Below, one piece after another: positions 59,733 through 64,000 of a stretch of 64,000 bases of DNA (its first letter is position 1; each line of letters begins with the position of its first letter). The DNA comes from Clostridia bacterium. GTDB taxonomy: Bacteria; Bacillota; Clostridia; UBA1381; UMGS1253. The stretch spans positions 40,268-104,267 of the forward strand of contig JAZSQB010000046.1 of assembly GCA_045537695.1 (NCBI GenBank). The letters run 5' to 3'. The notes below the pieces were generated by a model. The model worked only from the letters and a program-made list of their open reading frames with translations. It made no database searches and was not told the DNA's origin. The position numbers were made by a program, and so were the translations under genes.

Positions 59733-62152
59733 TCCCCTGCCTGTTCGTTATAAATTTTCTCAGCATAACGAACAGCTTCCATCGCATCTTTTGCGTAGTG
59801 ATCCGCACCGATAGCGTCAGCATATTCCTGTGTGAGCACTGCGCCGCCAACAATCACCTTGCAGTTGGGCACTTCGGTACGAAGCAATTTGATCGTTTCC
59901 TGCATTGACGGTACAGTCGTTGTCATCAATGCGCTCAGACCAATCATATGCGCTTTATATTCCTTCGCAAAAGTGACAACCGTTTCCGGCGCAACATCTT
60001 TACCGGCATCCACAACCTCAAACCCATAGTTTTCAAGCAAAACTTTTACAATGTTTTTGCCGATATCATGAATGTCGCCCTTGACTGTCGCCAAAATAAT
60101 TGTGCACTTTTTCGCCTGTAGCTCACCACTTGCGGCAAGTGCTTGTTTTACAGCATCAAATCCAGCTTTCGATGCCTCCGCACTCATTAGCAGCTGTGGT
60201 AAAAATATTGTTTTGCTCTCAAACCCTTTACCTACAACATCCAAAGCCGGAATAATCTCTTCGTTAATTACTTCAAGCGGCTTTTTTGTCTTTAATAGTT
60301 CCATAGCACTTGAAAAAGCCCGTTCTTTCAATCCTTTAACAATTGCCGTCTGCAAATCACTGCTGTCTGCAGCTTCTGCTGTCGACCCGTTCTGTGCCAC
60401 TGCAGCATGGAAGTTATGTGTAGAGACGAAGTTTATGTAAGCACCGCAATTTTCATCTAAACCCATTAAAGCCAGATAGCTGTAATATGTTTTCATCATT
60501 TCTTCGCTGGCTGGGTTCAGGATAGCAGCATTCAACCCCGCCGTTAAAGCCATTGCATAAAATGTAGAATTAATTAATTCGCGTTGCGGCAAACCAAAAG
60601 AAATATTTGAAACACCTAGACTGGTGTTGCAACCAAGACGTTCTTTTATAAGCCTAAGCGATTCTAGTGTAACTTTGGCAGCATTGGAGTCTGCGCTTAC
60701 AGTTAAAGCGAGCGGGTCAAAGACCAAATCTTTACGGTCTATTCCATAGCTTTGGGCTGTTATTAGAATTTTTTCAGCAATTGCTAACCTGCCATCTGCC
60801 GTTTCTGGAATGCCGTTTTCATCCAACGTCAGCGCAATTACAACGCCGCCGTACTTTTGCACAAGCGGAAAAATCGCATCCATACTCTCCTGCTTACCAT
60901 TGACGGAATTTACTAGCGGCTTACCGTTATAGAGACGCATCGCAGATGCCATTGTCTCGGTATCAGAAGTATCAATTTGCAGTGGTAAATCCGTTATAGC
61001 TTGCAGCTCGCGAATTACATCGCACATCATCGAGCATTCGTCAATTTCAGGCAAACCCACATTCACATCCAGAATATGTGCTCCGCTTTCCTGCTGCTTG
61101 ACGCCTTCGTTTAAAATGTAATCTATGTCCTTACGTCGCAATGCTTCTTTAAACGCTTTTTTTCCGGTCGGATTGATGCGCTCGCCGATAATCACCGGTT
61201 TATCACCAATGCATACCGCACGCTTATAGGAAGACACAAGCGTATCTGTCTTTTTTGTAACTGTAGCAGGTTGTAATTCACTTATACAATTTGCAGTTTC
61301 GAAAATATGCTCCGGTGTCGTACCGCAGCAACCGCCGACAATACGTGCACCACAGCGGATAACATCCGTAATAGCATCCGCAAATTGTCTCGCATCAATA
61401 TCATACGTTGTTTGAGCGTCGACAATCACCGGCATTCCGGCATTTGGATTTACAATTACCGGCACAGATGCATATTTACAAAGTGCTTGTACAACCGGTA
61501 GCATCTGCTTTGGGCCAAGACTGCAATTTACGCCGAGCGCATCTACACCCAAGCCTTCCAGCATCGCAACCATAGCTGCCGGCTCCGCACCGGTCATCAG
61601 CTGCATATTTTCATCGTAAACATTTGTTACAAACACCGGTAAATCTGAATTTTCTTTCGCTGCCAAAACTGCCGCTTTCGTCTCATAGCAGTCATTCATC
61701 GTTTCAATTAAAATCAAATCAACCCCACAAGATGCGCCTATGCGAATCACTTCGGCAAACACATCAACAGCCTCTTCAAAGGCGAGTTCGCCAAATGGTT
61801 TTAATAGCTTTCCGCACGGTCCGATATCCAGTGCAATATATTTTTTAGAAGCATAGCCTTCTACCGCACGCTTCGCGTTTGCAACCGCCGCGCGAATGAT
61901 GTTTTTTACGCTATTCTCACCTTCAACGTCGAACTTCAAACGATTCACACCAAAAGTATTGCTTGTAATAATATCACATCCGGCATCCAGATATGCCTTG
62001 TGAATCTCGCAAATGGTGTCCGGGTGCGTTATATTCCAAAGCTCCGGAAGCTCACCGGGCAAAAGACCACGTGCTTGTAATTGTGTGCCCATTGCACCAT
62101 CAAAGCATAAAACTCTATTTTTAATTTCCTCTAAAATCTGCATGTATTTCAC
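59729..62152 (-). CDS. metH: Methionine synthase core (Hcy-binding, pterin-binding and B12-binding domains; no activation domain)
   Basis: 807 aa. The S-methyltransferase domain has FDGAMGT...GGCCGTTP, a pterin-binding domain follows, and the B12-binding motif is GDIHDIGKN. GTG 62152 overlaps the upstream stop; ATG 62143 is an alternative. Confidence 0.9.
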   Translation of the reverse strand: MKYMQILEEIKNRVLCFDGAMGTQLQARGLLPGELPELWNITHPDTICEIHKAYLDAGCDIITSNTFGVNRLKFDVEGENSVKNIIRAAVANAKRAVEGYASKKYIALDIGPCGKLLKPFGELAFEEAVDVFAEVIRIGASCGVDLILIETMNDCYETKAAVLAAKENSDLPVFVTNVYDENMQLMTGAEPAAMVAMLEGLGVDALGVNCSLGPKQMLPVVQALCKYASVPVIVNPNAGMPVIVDAQTTYDIDARQFADAITDVIRCGARIVGGCCGTTPEHIFETANCISELQPATVTKKTDTLVSSYKRAVCIGDKPVIIGERINPTGKKAFKEALRRKDIDYILNEGVKQQESGAHILDVNVGLPEIDECSMMCDVIRELQAITDLPLQIDTSDTETMASAMRLYNGKPLVNSVNGKQESMDAIFPLVQKYGGVVIALTLDENGIPETADGRLAIAEKILITAQSYGIDRKDLVFDPLALTVSADSNAAKVTLESLRLIKERLGCNTSLGVSNISFGLPQRELINSTFYAMALTAGLNAAILNPASEEMMKTYYSYLALMGLDENCGAYINFVSTHNFHAAVAQNGSTAEAADSSDLQTAIVKGLKERAFSSAMELLKTKKPLEVINEEIIPALDVVGKGFESKTIFLPQLLMSAEASKAGFDAVKQALAASGELQAKKCTIILATVKGDIHDIGKNIVKVLLENYGFEVVDAGKDVAPETVVTFAKEYKAHMIGLSALMTTTVPSMQETIKLLRTEVPNCKVIVGGAVLTQEYADAIGADHYAKDAMEAVRYAEKIYNEQAGE

Positions 62153-62835
62153 AATCCTTTACGAAAACTGCAATTTTCATTTTTGCATAACTTGCATTTA
62201 TCCACTGTACACGCCGAAATCTTTTTACCAATACCAACAAACGCTGTCACAGATTTGCTTGGAGTCATCATATATCCGTCCGTTAAAGTTAAACCGATTT
62301 TACGCTCGCAATCCAATGCGGCAAAAATTTGTTTCTGATTTTCTAAAGCTAAATCTGCATAACCTGCGCTGAATCTCGATGTGAGATTTCCGCCGGCAGC
62401 ATCTGCATGCTTTTCAAAAACTTCACACATCAATACATCGCAGTACTTTTCAATTGCCGCCGCGCCGGCAGCCTGCAGCGCAAGCGCAAAGCTTGGTTCT
62501 TCGTGCGACGCTTTCATAATCAGCCGGTCAGGCTCTATGCCTATTGTCGCTGCAAATATAATCGTTTGAAAGCAGGTATATAAATGTTTCGCCAATGCAG
62601 ATGATTGTAACTTTGTAAAGCTAAAACGAACGTTTTTCGTATCCGTCTCCGTTTCCAAAAACATATAGCATGCTCTGCACTGCAAAGCGGATTGCATAGC
62701 TTCTATTGCACGTTTTGCCAGTGATAATGTTTCATCGGGCGGCGCAGACGCACACCCCATATAACGCAAAACCTCGCTGATATCAATTTGAATCGCAGAT
62801 TTTTGCGTATGTGTCCATACCGGAGAATTCCACAT
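62149..62835 (-). CDS. Stand-alone methionine synthase activation-domain-like protein with a C-terminal Cys cluster
   Basis: 228 aa with RFSAGYADL...GLTLTDGYMMTPSKSVTAFVGI, typical of the Met_synt_B12 reactivation domain. The tail reads CTVDKCKLCKNENC. RBS is GAGGAG. Confidence 0.75.
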   Translation of the reverse strand: MWNSPVWTHTQKSAIQIDISEVLRYMGCASAPPDETLSLAKRAIEAMQSALQCRACYMFLETETDTKNVRFSFTKLQSSALAKHLYTCFQTIIFAATIGIEPDRLIMKASHEEPSFALALQAAGAAAIEKYCDVLMCEVFEKHADAAGGNLTSRFSAGYADLALENQKQIFAALDCERKIGLTLTDGYMMTPSKSVTAFVGIGKKISACTVDKCKLCKNENCSFRKGL

Positions 62836-62846
62836 GGTTAACTCCT

Positions 62847-63707
62847 CTATTTGATAATTTTCGAAATGTTCTCCTGAATTTTCGCTGCTACTTCTGGCTT
62901 GTTCATAGAATATACATGTACAGCCGAAATACCGTTTGCCAGTAGATCGATAATCTGGTCAGTTGCATAGGCAATACCTGCTTGCATCATTGCTTCGGGC
63001 TTGTCACCAAATTTATCCACAATGGATTTAAACCTTTGCGGTAAATATGTACCAGAAAGCGCACAAATACGGTTGATTTGCTTGCCGTTCGTTACAGGCA
63101 TAATGCCGGCAACAATCGGTACCGTAATCCCCGCCTCGCGAATCTTGTACATAAAATTATATAAAATGTTATTATCGAAAAACATCTGCGTGGTCAAAAA
63201 TTCGCAGCCTGTATCTACCTTGCGCTTTAAGTTTAAAATATCTTCTTTCGAGCATGCAGATTCCGTGTGCCCTTCCGGATAACAAGCACCGCCGATGCAA
63301 AAATCACCAAAACTTTTAATATCCGCAACCAAATCACTGGCATAGCGGTATTCACATTTTTCCCGATCAAACCCTTTAGGAATATCCCCACGGAGCGCTA
63401 AAATGTTTTCAATGCCGTTATCCTGCAATTTTTTAAGCTGTGTATGAATCGTTTCTTTGGTAGAAGAAACGCAGGTCAGGTGTGCAAGCGGTGTTACACC
63501 ATGCTTTAATACAGCGTTTGCCATATCCACAGTATATTGGCTTGTACCGCCACCTGCACCGTATGTAACGCTCATAAAGCTCGGCTTTAGTACCGCAATT
63601 CGCTCTACAGAATCCTTTACACTCTCATAAGCCGTGTCATTTTTTGGCGGAAAAACCTCAAAGGACAAGGTTGGTTTATTTTGTTTGAACAGTTCAGAAA
63701 TTTTCAT
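62847..63707 (-). CDS. metF: Methylenetetrahydrofolate reductase
   Basis: SFEVFPPK, SVTYGAGG and ALRGD motifs. ATG 63707 lies behind AGGTG; the 63770 track start is less likely. Confidence 0.9.
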   Translation of the reverse strand: MKISELFKQNKPTLSFEVFPPKNDTAYESVKDSVERIAVLKPSFMSVTYGAGGGTSQYTVDMANAVLKHGVTPLAHLTCVSSTKETIHTQLKKLQDNGIENILALRGDIPKGFDREKCEYRYASDLVADIKSFGDFCIGGACYPEGHTESACSKEDILNLKRKVDTGCEFLTTQMFFDNNILYNFMYKIREAGITVPIVAGIMPVTNGKQINRICALSGTYLPQRFKSIVDKFGDKPEAMMQAGIAYATDQIIDLLANGISAVHVYSMNKPEVAAKIQENISKIIK

Positions 63708-63729
63708 AATTACACCTGCATTTCTATAG

Positions 63730-64000
63730 TTAAATCTTGTACGCCTTTTCCGTAGGAATGGCAAAAACAATACCGTTGGCCTCAGAAGTCAAGCCAAACG
63801 CGTTATTTACCTCTATCATAACCTGTTTACTGGTTTCCATCGGCGCAAGAATACAGAGAAGCTCTCGTTCTCCATCCACATCTGTAGTACCCAGTGCGGT
63901 AAATTGTTCCACTTCCGCTAATCTGCCTTTCAGTATCGTACCACCGGTTGCCCCAGCTTTTCTCGCAACCTGCATAACATCCTCAGAATACCCTTCGTTT
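63730..64000 (-). CDS. P-II-like small regulatory protein, 5' end outside the window
   Basis: The frame stays open to the window edge (…NEGYSEDVMQVARKAGATGGTILKGR…). The A(R/K)xAGAxGGTI motif resembles P-II-like proteins. Confidence 0.45.
   Translation of the reverse strand, partial: NEGYSEDVMQVARKAGATGGTILKGRLAEVEQFTALGTTDVDGERELLCILAPMETSKQVMIEVNNAFGLTSEANGIVFAIPTEKAYKI

Overview
This is a 64 kb chromosomal segment from a spore-forming Firmicute, Clostridia-like judging by an intact pro-sigK, GGAGG-type RBSs and T-box and Cheo-box regulation. It is dominated by tightly packed housekeeping genes. On the + strand: sigK plus a cell-wall peptidase, aspartate aminotransferase, typA, a CadC-regulated metal-efflux operon, ligA, gatCAB, an orphan trpB, lysA, dusB, guaB, polA and coaE. 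On the - strand: glgB (3' end truncated by the window edge), bioY, ybaK, ruvX, aspS-hisS-engB-lon-clpX-clpP-tig, and a compact string of P-II-like, metF, split metH, membrane protein, pcrA, pncB and phosphoesterase genes. There are four tRNAs: Gln-CTG alone, and a Met-CAT/Glu-CTC/Val-TAC cluster. I found no rRNA, CRISPR array, transposase, integrase, recognisable defence island or prophage. I see no clear multi-gene novel system. The points most worth follow-up are: (1) a YneA-like LysM gene with an SOS promoter carrying two perfect GAAC-N4-GTTC boxes; (2) a lone Avd/23S-IVS-type four-helix-bundle gene in an AT-rich stretch next to the tRNA cluster; (3) a Trp T-box controlling an orphan trpB; (4) a CadC-type operon with a perfect 13-6-13 operator, a detached HMA domain ORF and two P1B ATPases; (5) an overlapping radical-SAM/methyltransferase pair of unknown function; (6) two unusually long non-coding spacers with inverted repeats or orphan terminators; (7) an internally duplicated membrane protein translationally coupled between metH and pcrA; (8) a Lys/Ala/Thr-repeat tail on trigger factor. 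All product calls rest on my recognition of motifs in the supplied translations; no database search was run.
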